Positions 27,360 through 36,759 of a DNA stretch of 64,000 nucleotides are shown piece by piece (position 1 is the stretch's first letter; every line of letters begins with the position of its first letter). The position numbers were made by a program, and so were the translations under genes. Source of the stretch: Myxococcota bacterium (GTDB lineage: Bacteria > Myxococcota_A > UBA796 > GCA-2862545); assembly GCA_039208735.1 (NCBI GenBank), contig JBCCQY010000025.1:11829-75828 (forward strand), read 5' to 3'. The notes beneath the pieces are model-generated. The model did no database searches. It was given only the letters and a program-made list of their open reading frames with translations, and was not told where the DNA came from.

Positions 27360-28776
27360 GGTCATCGAGCCGGGTCCAGTCCTCTTCGACCACTTTGCGC
27401 GCCTGGCCCACGACCTGCTTGCCGTGGCGACCCTGGATCGGTTCGTTTGGGTGTCCCCACGTTGGACCACGGTGCTCGGTTGGTCCGAAGCCGAATTGGT
27501 GACGCTGCCTTACAACTCCTTTGTGCACCCCAACGATGTGGAGGCAACCGTGGAGGCGGCCAAGGCGCTGGGCCGTGGTGAGCCCACGGTTCGGTTCATC
27601 AACCGGTACCGAACCAAGAGCAACGGGTACCGCTGGCTCGAGTGGAACGCCTCTCCCGCGGACGATGGCCTTCTGTATTGCATCGCTCGCGACGTGACGG
27701 ATCGGCAGGCGGTCGAAGAGAAACTTCGCCAGCAAGCTGCACTTGTCACGATGGCTGAACGCATCTTCCATACGGGGCATTGGTACGTCGACCTCGTGGC
27801 CGAAACCGTGTTTTGGTCTCCCGAGGTCTATGCCATTCACGGGCTTGACCCTGATCACTTTACGCCATCGCTAGCTCGGGGAATCGACGCCTACCATCCC
27901 GATGACCGTGACCTCGTGTCCGTTGCCGTCCAAAGGACCATCGAGCACGGTGAGTCCTTTGAGTTCGAAGCCCGCATCGTGCGGCCCTCGGCGGAAGTCC
28001 GATTGGTCCACTCCGTGGGGCAGGCACACTTCGATTGGACAGGGGCGATTGTCGGGTTTTATGGTGTCTTCAGGGACATCACAAATGACGAGCGGGTGAA
28101 GCGAACCCAGGAACTCGAACAGTTCGCCTACGTCGCTTCGCATGACCTAAGGCAACCTGTGCGAACCATCCGTGCGTTCATGGGAGCGCTCGAAGAGGAA
28201 CACGAACTCGGCCTCGATGAAGAAGGTCAGCGCTTCTGGGGATTTGTGAAACGGGCGGCCGAGCGACTGGACCACCTGGTCACCGACTTGGCGCGCTACA
28301 CACGCGCGAGCAAGCGCTCCGAGGCGCAGCCCGTGGATCTGGGTGCGGTGGTGGGGCGAGCGATCGCCGCCGTCGCGGAGGAGTTTGATCAACGAGGCGG
28401 CGGCTTGGGCATCCATGGCACGTTGCCCACGGTCCTCGGCGATCCGGTTCGACTCGAGCAGGTCTTCGACAACCTGTTTCGCAACTCCCTACGGTTTGCG
28501 GGAGAGCGACCGCCTCGCGTCATCCTCTCGTGGGTTCCCGACGCTCAAGAGGGCACGGCCACCGTGATTGTGTCGGATCAGGGGCGTGGGTTTGAGCCAG
28601 GGGCCGCCGAACTGATCTTCGAGCCCTTTCGCCGCCTCTCCAACGATGACGATGGTGGGACCGGGATTGGTCTGGCCATCGTTCGGCGTTTGGTCGAGAG
28701 CTTTGGGGGGCAGATCTGGGCGCAAAGTCAGCCTAACCTCGGGGCGACGTTTTTTGTTCGCCTCAAGATTGGGTAG
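27352..28776 (+). CDS. Cytoplasmic PAS-PAS sensor histidine kinase
   Basis: Two PAS/PAC (VHPND, YHPDD), FAYVASHDLRQP H-box, D.G.G, FEPFRRL, GTGIGL. Confidence 0.92.
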   Translation: MSEVIEPGPVLFDHFARLAHDLLAVATLDRFVWVSPRWTTVLGWSEAELVTLPYNSFVHPNDVEATVEAAKALGRGEPTVRFINRYRTKSNGYRWLEWNASPADDGLLYCIARDVTDRQAVEEKLRQQAALVTMAERIFHTGHWYVDLVAETVFWSPEVYAIHGLDPDHFTPSLARGIDAYHPDDRDLVSVAVQRTIEHGESFEFEARIVRPSAEVRLVHSVGQAHFDWTGAIVGFYGVFRDITNDERVKRTQELEQFAYVASHDLRQPVRTIRAFMGALEEEHELGLDEEGQRFWGFVKRAAERLDHLVTDLARYTRASKRSEAQPVDLGAVVGRAIAAVAEEFDQRGGGLGIHGTLPTVLGDPVRLEQVFDNLFRNSLRFAGERPPRVILSWVPDAQEGTATVIVSDQGRGFEPGAAELIFEPFRRLSNDDDGGTGIGLAIVRRLVESFGGQIWAQSQPNLGATFFVRLKIG

Positions 28777-30219
28777 CTAGCGGTTTTCAAAGCGCTCGCC
28801 AAGGCGGGCAAGCAGCTTTTGGTGGAGCCCCCCGAACCCTCCGTTTGAGAGGATGGCGACGACGTCTTTGGGATTGGCCTGCAGGGCTACGGTTTGCGCA
28901 ATTGTATCGGCATCTTCAAGGGTGGATGCATCGATTCCGCGGTCGCTCAATTCACGCACGAGCCGGTCGGCCGAAAACCGTTCATCCTCGGGAATTCGGC
29001 TCTGATCATGAGGCCGCGCCACAATCACCTTGTCAGCATTACCGAAGGCCTCGGCATACTCCTGCTGAAAGACCGCGCGTCGCGAAGTTGCGCTACGCGG
29101 CTCCCATACTGCCCAAAGGCGACGCTCGCCAAATCGCTGACGCAACGCGTCAAGGGTCAGGGAAACGGCCGTAGGGTGGTGGGCAAAGTCGTCGATGACG
29201 GTCACTTCGCCGGGTTCCCCGATGACCTCTTGCCGACGTCGAATCCCTTGGAACCCTTCGAATCCAGGAACGAGTTCCCCTGGTGTGACCCCATACGCGG
29301 TGGCTGCGGCGGTGGCGGCCACCTGATTGTAGAGGTTGTGTTCGCCGACGAGGAAGCTTTCGAAGGTTCCGACGGGTTGTCCGTAGCGAAGCACTGTGAA
29401 CGTCATCGTGCCCTTGTCGGTATCGATCCCATCGACACGACCATCCCACTCTTGCCCCTTGCCATAGGTCCAGACTCGGGCTGCGCACTCCCGAGCCACA
29501 TCGGCAGCCCCTGGGTCGTCGCCCCGAACGATCAACGTGCCGTCCGGAGGCAGGATGTGCATGAGCTTCCGGAAGCTCTCCTTGACGTGGTCGAGGTCGC
29601 GGTAGATGTCGGCATGGTCGAACTCGACCGAGGTAAGGATGCAGGTCTTGGGACGGTAGTGGAGGAATTTCGGTCCTTTGTCGAAAAACGCGGTGTCGTA
29701 TTCGTCGCCTTCGACGACAAACACCTGCCCACTACCCGCGCGTGCGGTGCGGTCGAAGTTCTTGGCAATGCCGCCGACGAGGAAGCCAGGGTTCCGCTCG
29801 GCCGCTTCGAGCAACCAGGCCGTCAGGCTGGTGGTAGTGGTCTTGCCGTGCGTGCCCGCGACTACGATACTGTGGGCCTCCTTGAGGAAGAGTTCGCCGA
29901 AGACCTCGGGAAAGCTCGCATAGTTGAGATTGCTTTGAAGAAGCGTGGCGGCTTCTTCGTACTCGGCCCGGATCACGTTGCCGACGATGACCAGATCGGG
30001 GTTGTGGTCGAGGTTCGAGGCGACGTAGCCTTTCATCACGTCGATCCCGAGGGACTCGAGGTAGGTCGACATCGGCGGGTAGACCTCGCCCTGATCAGAT
30101 CCCGTGACGGTGTAGCCTGCGTCCTTGAGCATTCCGGCCAGGGCGGCCATGGCGGTGCCGGCCACGCCCATCACATGGACGGTGCGGATAGGGGTGGTGG
30201 CGTCGATCTGATGCGGCAC
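28777..30219 (-). CDS. mpl: Murein peptide ligase (Mpl/MurC family)
   Basis: GVAGTAM, YPPMST, GTHGKTTT, EGDEYDTAFFDK.PKF.HY, DDFAHHPTA, EPRSAT, SNGGFGG. Confidence 0.92.
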   Translation of the reverse strand: MPHQIDATTPIRTVHVMGVAGTAMAALAGMLKDAGYTVTGSDQGEVYPPMSTYLESLGIDVMKGYVASNLDHNPDLVIVGNVIRAEYEEAATLLQSNLNYASFPEVFGELFLKEAHSIVVAGTHGKTTTTSLTAWLLEAAERNPGFLVGGIAKNFDRTARAGSGQVFVVEGDEYDTAFFDKGPKFLHYRPKTCILTSVEFDHADIYRDLDHVKESFRKLMHILPPDGTLIVRGDDPGAADVARECAARVWTYGKGQEWDGRVDGIDTDKGTMTFTVLRYGQPVGTFESFLVGEHNLYNQVAATAAATAYGVTPGELVPGFEGFQGIRRRQEVIGEPGEVTVIDDFAHHPTAVSLTLDALRQRFGERRLWAVWEPRSATSRRAVFQQEYAEAFGNADKVIVARPHDQSRIPEDERFSADRLVRELSDRGIDASTLEDADTIAQTVALQANPKDVVAILSNGGFGGLHQKLLARLGERFENR

Positions 30220-30279
30220 AGTTCCTCCGTCTCTTGGTCACCGTGACACACTCGGCGGTTCGGAGCCCGGAGTTGGGAG

Positions 30280-30951
30280 CTACCGGTATTTCGCGAGGGC
30301 GTAGAGGATCCGGACGCCTGCCTTGGCCGCACCCCTGAGGTTGCCGCTGATCTTGGACTCGCCGAGCACCCGCTTGTGGTATGGCAACGGGATCTCACGG
30401 ATGCGTAGGCCATGCTTGATGGCCTTCAACTGCATCTCGACGTTCCAGCCCCAGGTCGGATCCTCCATCTGCAGGGACTCGAGGCTCGTCCATCGGATGG
30501 CCCGGAAGGGCCCCATGTCGGAAAAACGAAACCCAGTTTGCAAAGCGATGAGTTCGGTGGCGAGTCGGTTCCCAAACCGCTGCACGAAGGTCATGGCGCC
30601 ACGTTCGGCAGTTTGGGTGCGATCGGACTGCACAAGGTCGGCTTCGTCATCGATGATGGGCTGCACGAGTTTGGGCAGGGTCTCGGGTGGATCGGCATGG
30701 TCGGCGTCGAGGATGACGAGCACATCGGGTGGATCGGGTCGAAAGTGGGCCATTCCAGCCTGGACGGCCGTGCCGTAACCCCGTGGGGAGGCCCGGATTG
30801 CCTCGACGCCGCACTCTCGGGCGACCCTCGCGGTGCCGTCGGTCGATCCGTTGTCGACCACCACGCAACGGTCGACCGGAGGGAGGGCTTGGAGCACTCC
30901 AGGGAGGCTCTGCGCCTCGTTGAGCGCGGGGATGACAACGTAGACCTTCAT
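30280..30951 (-). CDS. Glycosyltransferase family 2
   Basis: VVIPALNEA, VVDNGSTDGT, LDAD, DMGPFRAIR, W.VEMQ. Confidence 0.92.
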   Translation of the reverse strand: MKVYVVIPALNEAQSLPGVLQALPPVDRCVVVDNGSTDGTARVARECGVEAIRASPRGYGTAVQAGMAHFRPDPPDVLVILDADHADPPETLPKLVQPIIDDEADLVQSDRTQTAERGAMTFVQRFGNRLATELIALQTGFRFSDMGPFRAIRWTSLESLQMEDPTWGWNVEMQLKAIKHGLRIREIPLPYHKRVLGESKISGNLRGAAKAGVRILYALAKYR

Positions 30952-32315
30952 CAGGGCAGGACTCCCGGGTAACGGCGGCGCAGCGACAGCACGTACAGTC
31001 CGACAAATCCCGAGATCACGCCCCCACCCGCGAAGGAGGCCACCTCGAGGTACGCCGTGCGTCGTAGCGAGCCAGGTCGTCCGGTGACCAGCGCCGAGAG
31101 CCCTCCCAGGATTTCCACCCCGCCGACGATCCAGAGCATGAGGCCGAGCACCGCCGGCAATCCAAAGATCGGGCACCAGGACACGTTGAGGAACTGCAAT
31201 GTCCCCATGAACAGGTTGACGATCCCGGAGGCCAGCTGCAGAATGCCGGCCCACCGCGCCACACTGCGAAGCTCGACCCAGGACGCATCCACCTCGTCGG
31301 GCTCGACCAAGGCTGCCTCGGCGAACGGCGCTGGGGGAGCCACCGAGGCAGGTGGGGGAACCCTCGGGAGCTTGGCCTTGGCCGGGGGCGGAGCGGGATC
31401 GGCGGCCGGGCTCGAGATGGCAGGGGCGGAGGCTCCCTCGCCTTCCCATTCCGCCACCCGCAGTCGAATGTCGATGGGCGCGAGGCCACGCAGCACTTCG
31501 GCGAACGACGCTGCGTCGGGGAACCGGTCTTCAGGGCGCGTCTGCAGAGCACGTTCGATGATGGGAGCGAGCACCTGGGCATGCTCGGGTACGGCCGACG
31601 CGCGACCGTCCACGATGCGCTGCATGACGGCAAAGTCGGTATCGCCCGAATACGGCGGCTCCCCGGTGACCATCTCGTACAGCACCACGCCAAGTGAGAA
31701 GAGGTCGGACCGTGCATCGACGTTGGCGGGCGATTCGATCTGCTCCGGACTCATGTAGGCGGCGGTGCCCATCGCCCGAATCCCTTGGGTGCGGTCCAGC
31801 CCTCGCAACTTGGCGATGCCAAAGTCGATCACCTTGACGAGGGGCAGCTTTCCCGGTCGGTGCACGAGGAAGAGGTTGGCGGGCTTCAAGTCCCGATGCA
31901 CCACCCCGGCTTGGTGGGCATGGCCCAGGGCCGACAGCGCCTGCAACAACAGCCCAGCTGCCACTTCGCTCGAGAGCGGACCGGCCTGCAATCGATTGGC
32001 GAGGTCCTCACCCTCGAGCAGGTCCATCACCAGACCCGCAATGCCTTCGCCACTGACCACCTCGGTGACCCGGACCAGGCCGGGATGGTGCAGCTGAGCC
32101 AGGACCCGTCCCTCGTGAAGGAACCGCTCCCGAATGGACGGGTCCTCGGCAAACTCGGGGTTGAGGACCTTGATGGCATGGCGTGAACCCAGGCTCGTGT
32201 GGGTCGCCCGATACACCGTGGCCATGCCTCCGGTTCCCCGGATGGCGTCAATTTTGTAGTTACCAACCTGATCGCCCGCTCGAAGCACGCGCTCTCCCAT
32301 CTCGCGAGCTTCCAT
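30951..32315 (-). CDS. Ser/Thr protein kinase with C-terminal membrane domain
   Basis: GTGGMATVY, AIK, HRDLKPAN, DFGIAK, YMSPEQ; Pro/Ala linker; hydrophobic C-terminal helices. Confidence 0.93.
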   Translation of the reverse strand: MEAREMGERVLRAGDQVGNYKIDAIRGTGGMATVYRATHTSLGSRHAIKVLNPEFAEDPSIRERFLHEGRVLAQLHHPGLVRVTEVVSGEGIAGLVMDLLEGEDLANRLQAGPLSSEVAAGLLLQALSALGHAHQAGVVHRDLKPANLFLVHRPGKLPLVKVIDFGIAKLRGLDRTQGIRAMGTAAYMSPEQIESPANVDARSDLFSLGVVLYEMVTGEPPYSGDTDFAVMQRIVDGRASAVPEHAQVLAPIIERALQTRPEDRFPDAASFAEVLRGLAPIDIRLRVAEWEGEGASAPAISSPAADPAPPPAKAKLPRVPPPASVAPPAPFAEAALVEPDEVDASWVELRSVARWAGILQLASGIVNLFMGTLQFLNVSWCPIFGLPAVLGLMLWIVGGVEILGGLSALVTGRPGSLRRTAYLEVASFAGGGVISGFVGLYVLSLRRRYPGVLP

Positions 32316-32395
32316 AAGCCTGCGGGTTCGCCCTGTCCTGATCTCGCGGTCAGATGGGCTTGGGCGGGCCTCTCCCGCGGTGATAGGGCGCGGGC

Positions 32396-33256
32396 ATGAG
32401 TCAGGAACCGACCGGCGTGCTCGTCCGCGCCCTGCTCGATGAAGGTGCGGTACGCCTCGTCCTCGTCGAAGCGACGGCGCCCGCCCGCCATACCCGAACG
32501 GCCCACAAGCTGTCTGCCGATGCCGCTCGACTTGGAGCCGAGGCGGTGGTCGCGGCGGCCCTAAACGCGGCCCACATCAAGGGCGAGGAGCAACTGACCC
32601 TGCAGCTACAGGCGGAGTCACCCAAAGCTTCGTTCTACGCCGATATCGTAGCCGATGGAGCATTGAGGGTCCGTGTGACCCCCCCCGATTTGACGCTCGA
32701 GGGGGGCCGCCTGACCGGCCAACTCCTGGTGATCAAGTCGCTTGGGCGCCAAGAACTGTACCGTGGCATCAGTGCGGTGCCCGATTCGACGATCGAGCAG
32801 GCGCTGGCCACTCATCTCGAGACGTCTGCACAGGTTCACGACGTGCTGCGCATCGGCGTTCGACAAAGCGCCGATGGAGAGATCCTGCAGGCTGGAGGTC
32901 TGCTCATTGAACGACTCCCCGAAGAGCCTGACCATCCCTCGCTTTCGGCAGAGGAGTTCGAGCAGCGCTACGCGTGGGTCCGTGAAGCCGACATCGCGAA
33001 GCTCCTGACCCAGCTTGCGTTTGGCAGCCTTGGGGAACAGGCGTTGAAGGTGCTCGACAGTCGACCGTTGGTGTGGCGGTGCCGTTGCTCCAGAGAGCGG
33101 GTGGAGGCCATCTTGGCTGGCCTCGGCATTGGTGAGCTGTCGGACATGGCCCAAACCGATGGCCAAGCCGAGGTCAGCTGCGACTTCTGCAACACCACCT
33201 ACCGGTTCGATGAAGCCGATTTGAACGGGCTCATCGCGAGTCTCCGTCAGAGCTAG
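32396..33256 (+). CDS. hslO: Redox-regulated chaperone Hsp33
   Basis: S.Q, AGGLLIE.LP, CRCS...CDFC zinc motif. Confidence 0.9.
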   Translation: MSQEPTGVLVRALLDEGAVRLVLVEATAPARHTRTAHKLSADAARLGAEAVVAAALNAAHIKGEEQLTLQLQAESPKASFYADIVADGALRVRVTPPDLTLEGGRLTGQLLVIKSLGRQELYRGISAVPDSTIEQALATHLETSAQVHDVLRIGVRQSADGEILQAGGLLIERLPEEPDHPSLSAEEFEQRYAWVREADIAKLLTQLAFGSLGEQALKVLDSRPLVWRCRCSRERVEAILAGLGIGELSDMAQTDGQAEVSCDFCNTTYRFDEADLNGLIASLRQS

Positions 33257-33915
33257 ACGCCGGCCAGGTAGACCTCGGCCGGGAAGGCCGTAGCCAAGAG
33301 ACGCTCGGTGGACACGTCGACCCAAAAAGCCCAGTCCTTGCCGGCAACGGTGGCGCGTACCGCGACCAGTTGCCCGGCGGGGACGTCACGTAGCGCGTCG
33401 AGGATCACCGAAGCGGTCGTGGCGAGTTGTGCGTCGTGCTCGGCCTGAGCTCGGGCACGATGCGACTGCCAGACGGCTCGCGCGACCGCCGCTTGCACGG
33501 GCGCCGAAAAGACGACGGTGGCCCCGGGGATGGCGGTCGAGAGAATGCGCGCAACGGCCCCTGCCCCACCGGGTGAGGTGGTCTCGCTGGACTGCGTGGC
33601 CTCGACACGAGTGCGGGGCACCTCATCGATGGTGGGCGTGCGAGGAGGCAAAGAGGTGGCCGCGGTTTGCGCCTGGGCTTCAGCCACCTTTCGTTGTTTG
33701 CGGGCCTCGCGTTCCCGTTCGAGGGCCTGCTTCGCCGTGAGTTTGGGTCCGGTGGGCGCGTCGTCTAGCGACGGTGCGGGAGTGGTTTGGAGCTTTTGCT
33801 TGGCCTCTTCGGCGAGCCGGCGGGCCAGGTCTCGGGGATCCTCTCCCTGGGATTCCAGCTTAGCCTTCGCTTCTTCGGCCAAACGCCGGGCCAGCTCCCG
33901 TGGGTCTTCAGCCAT
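33253..33915 (-). CDS. Hypothetical protein with N-terminal tandem repeat
   Basis: GGAGGG RBS; EDPR(E/D)LARRLAEEAK.KL twice. Confidence 0.65.
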   Translation of the reverse strand: MAEDPRELARRLAEEAKAKLESQGEDPRDLARRLAEEAKQKLQTTPAPSLDDAPTGPKLTAKQALEREREARKQRKVAEAQAQTAATSLPPRTPTIDEVPRTRVEATQSSETTSPGGAGAVARILSTAIPGATVVFSAPVQAAVARAVWQSHRARAQAEHDAQLATTASVILDALRDVPAGQLVAVRATVAGKDWAFWVDVSTERLLATAFPAEVYLAGV

Positions 33916-34142
33916 CGTACCCCTCCGGGCAACTGCAACCCGCACACTGTAGGCCACTGGTCCCACGGGCACCCGTCAATCGGTTGTCAACCGACTCTGG
34001 CCGTGGCACGTTGCCGAGCCGGGCCGATCGAGGCAATCACGCTGAGCTTCGACGCAGTGGCCCAAGAATCTCGTCGGCACTGGACCGCAACCAGTCCACG
34101 TGCGACGATGGCCGGACGTCTCGCGGAAAACGGAGGGGGAGC

Positions 34143-35555
34143 TTGCACGAGGTGTCGAAAGACCGTCAGCCGATCTCGCCGACTGTCGTGCTCGTGGTCG
34201 AGCCCGATGAACTCACGCGGCACCGCCTGAGGTCGGCCTTAGGTCGCGACGACCAGCTCGTTTTCGTTGCTGAATCACGCGACGATGGACTGTTGCTGGC
34301 CAAGACCCACGCTCCACGCATTGCGTTGGTGAGCCTCGAGCTGCCCGAAGGACGGGGCGTGCTCGAGGCATTCGGGGCCTGTTGTGACAGGGTTGTCGCC
34401 ACGGGACGGGCCCCCAAAGTGGCCGAGGTGGTCGATGCGATGCGTCGTGGCGCCACTGACGTCATCAGCGTGGTCGACGAAGCGGCGAGCGTGCAACGGG
34501 TCGTGGATCGGGTTTTGGGCGATGTCGACGCTGCATCGGCCTCCCCCGAAGGCCCCCTCCCCATCACGCCGACCACCACGGCCACGAGCGTGCAGCAGCT
34601 GCTCTCGCAGAGTCCGTCGATGATTCGGGTCTTCGACCAGGTGCAGGCCATCGCGCTCACCCACGAAGCGGCCTTCATCAAGGGCGAGGTGGGGTCGGGC
34701 CGTCAGCTCATCTGTCGGGCCATTCACGAAAAGAGCCCCCGTCGCGACCATCCCTTTGTGGTGGTGCATTGCGGGGCCTACCCCGATTCGCTCGACGAGA
34801 TGCTGTTTGGCAGCGCACAGGGCCATCCGGGCGCCCTCGATGGGGCGGAGGGAGGCACGCTTTACCTCGACGAGGTGCACTGTGCGCCGCACCAAGTGCA
34901 AGCCCAGCTCCTGCGCTTCCTCGAAGACGGAACGTTTTGTCGTCCGCGTCGGCGTGAACCCATGGCGCGCGACGTTCGAGTGCTTGTGGCTTCCGATGCC
35001 GATCTTTCGGCGGAGGTGGACGCCGGTCGGTTTCGGCAGGACCTCTACTATCGTCTGCAGGGCTTCCCGATTCGCATTCCGCCGCTTCGTGAACGACCCG
35101 ATGACATCCCGCTGCTCATCCATCACTTCATTGCGGAGATTGCCGGTAGCTACGGGCTGGATGCTCCGATCATCGACGCCGAGGTACTCCGCGCCGCAGT
35201 GGCGTTTTCGTGGCCGGGGAACGTGCGCCAGTTGCGTTCCTTGTGCGCCCAATGGGTGATCGCCTGCCCGGGCCAGCGCATCGACGCGGCCTTGCTGCCA
35301 AGGCCCCGGACCCCGCGTCGCCCGGAGCCCAAGGCGACGAGTCCCTTTGTCATCGATGCCACACAGTCGTTGAAGGACAACACCCAGGCGGTCCTTCGAG
35401 AGATCGAGACGGCATATCTGCGTGAGATCTTGCAGCGTTGCCAGGGCCATCTCGGTCAAACCGCGACCGCGGCCGGCATCACGAGGCGGACACTCTACAC
35501 GAAGATGCGGCAATATGGTCTTGAACAGCAGGACTTCCGACGCCCTCGTGCTTAG
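34143..35555 (+). CDS. NtrC-like Fis-family regulator with degenerate receiver and AAA+ motifs
   Basis: LYLDEV, RFRQDLYYRL, PPLRER, WPGNVRQL, Fis HTH; TTG start after GGAGGGG (approximate). Confidence 0.85.
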   Translation: MHEVSKDRQPISPTVVLVVEPDELTRHRLRSALGRDDQLVFVAESRDDGLLLAKTHAPRIALVSLELPEGRGVLEAFGACCDRVVATGRAPKVAEVVDAMRRGATDVISVVDEAASVQRVVDRVLGDVDAASASPEGPLPITPTTTATSVQQLLSQSPSMIRVFDQVQAIALTHEAAFIKGEVGSGRQLICRAIHEKSPRRDHPFVVVHCGAYPDSLDEMLFGSAQGHPGALDGAEGGTLYLDEVHCAPHQVQAQLLRFLEDGTFCRPRRREPMARDVRVLVASDADLSAEVDAGRFRQDLYYRLQGFPIRIPPLRERPDDIPLLIHHFIAEIAGSYGLDAPIIDAEVLRAAVAFSWPGNVRQLRSLCAQWVIACPGQRIDAALLPRPRTPRRPEPKATSPFVIDATQSLKDNTQAVLREIETAYLREILQRCQGHLGQTATAAGITRRTLYTKMRQYGLEQQDFRRPRA

Positions 35556-35583
35556 GCGTCGCCCCACTTTCGGAGGGCTTTCC

Positions 35584-36759
35584 ATGCAGCGTTCGCTCTG
35601 GATTTCAGCTTTGTTCCTCGTGCCCTTTGGTGCGGGTTGCCAGTGCGGTAGCGAGACCGGCCTCACGTTCGACTTCCCTGAACCCGACGTCGAGGTGATG
35701 AGCGACGATGCGCCCGAGCGGTTTGGACAGTGGGCGTCTGTCGATACGGCTCCGGATGGGGTTCAGCTCACGATGAGCTACTTCGACCCTGACAATACAG
35801 CGGTGGCTTACGCGATTGGTATCGCCACGGCCGACGAGGATGGACTGGCCACGGTCGAGTGGCGTCACGAGCGCATCGACGGTTACCCGACGAGCGAACT
35901 GCAGGACAACTCCGATGACGTGGGTCGGTATACGAGCCAGCGAACGGCGCCCGACGGAACGGTGTGGGTGGCCTACCACGACAACACCAACCAGCAGCTA
36001 AAGGTCGCCCATCGCTTGGGGCCGGGAACGTGGGAAGATCCCGTGGTCATCGAGGGGACCGGCGGTGAGTTCGCGAGCATGGCGCTCAATCCCGTGGGGC
36101 GCCCGATCATCGCCCACATCGACAGCGATGCTTCGGCCGTCAAAATCACCCGGTTGCTTGAGGATGGCTGGCGCACCGATGTCGTCTACGAAGGCCGGCC
36201 TCAAGATGCGCTCGATGAGCAAGGCAATCCCATCGTGCGTCCCGCGGGCCTGCTCCACACCCGGCTTATCGCACAGGACGGGGCGGAGACCATTGCCCTG
36301 TACAACGCGGCCCGACAGTCACTGGTGGTGCTCGAAGGCGGCGGCAACGAGTTCGAAGCCCGTGAGGTGGACCGCTCCGCCGACGTTGGACTGTGGCCCT
36401 CCCTGGAGCGTGCAGGTGACGATGTCGTGGTCGCCTACCACGACCGCGAGAACGAAGATCTCAAGCTCGCCACGCGGACCGGTGGCACCTGGTCGGTCGA
36501 AGTCGTCGACGAAGGGCAGCTCCGCGGAGCGGACACCGAGGTGTTCATTCGCGATGGCGACGTCGCCATCGTCTACTTCGACGGCTTCGAAAACGATGCG
36601 CGGCTGGCGAGCCGACAGAATGGGACCTGGGCCTTGGACCGCATTGGGGCCGATGACAACGCCGTCGGCTTCCACAACGAGGTGGTCCGCGCCGGCGGGA
36701 GGTTCTGGGCCGTGTCCTACAGCTACACCAACGGCGTACCCTACGTGAGGGCGCTGTAA
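35584..36759 (+). CDS. Putative lipoprotein with beta-propeller-like repeats
   Basis: Signal with GAGC, repeated VG.(Y/W).S...D...VAYHD...LK.A blades. Confidence 0.7.
   Translation: MQRSLWISALFLVPFGAGCQCGSETGLTFDFPEPDVEVMSDDAPERFGQWASVDTAPDGVQLTMSYFDPDNTAVAYAIGIATADEDGLATVEWRHERIDGYPTSELQDNSDDVGRYTSQRTAPDGTVWVAYHDNTNQQLKVAHRLGPGTWEDPVVIEGTGGEFASMALNPVGRPIIAHIDSDASAVKITRLLEDGWRTDVVYEGRPQDALDEQGNPIVRPAGLLHTRLIAQDGAETIALYNAARQSLVVLEGGGNEFEAREVDRSADVGLWPSLERAGDDVVVAYHDRENEDLKLATRTGGTWSVEVVDEGQLRGADTEVFIRDGDVAIVYFDGFENDARLASRQNGTWALDRIGADDNAVGFHNEVVRAGGRFWAVSYSYTNGVPYVRAL

Noticed and set aside
34003..34020. Sigma-54 promoter-like TGGCACGTTGC upstream of the NtrC-like gene
   Set aside because: GG-to-GC spacing is wrong (TTGC follows after 1 nt rather than 5).
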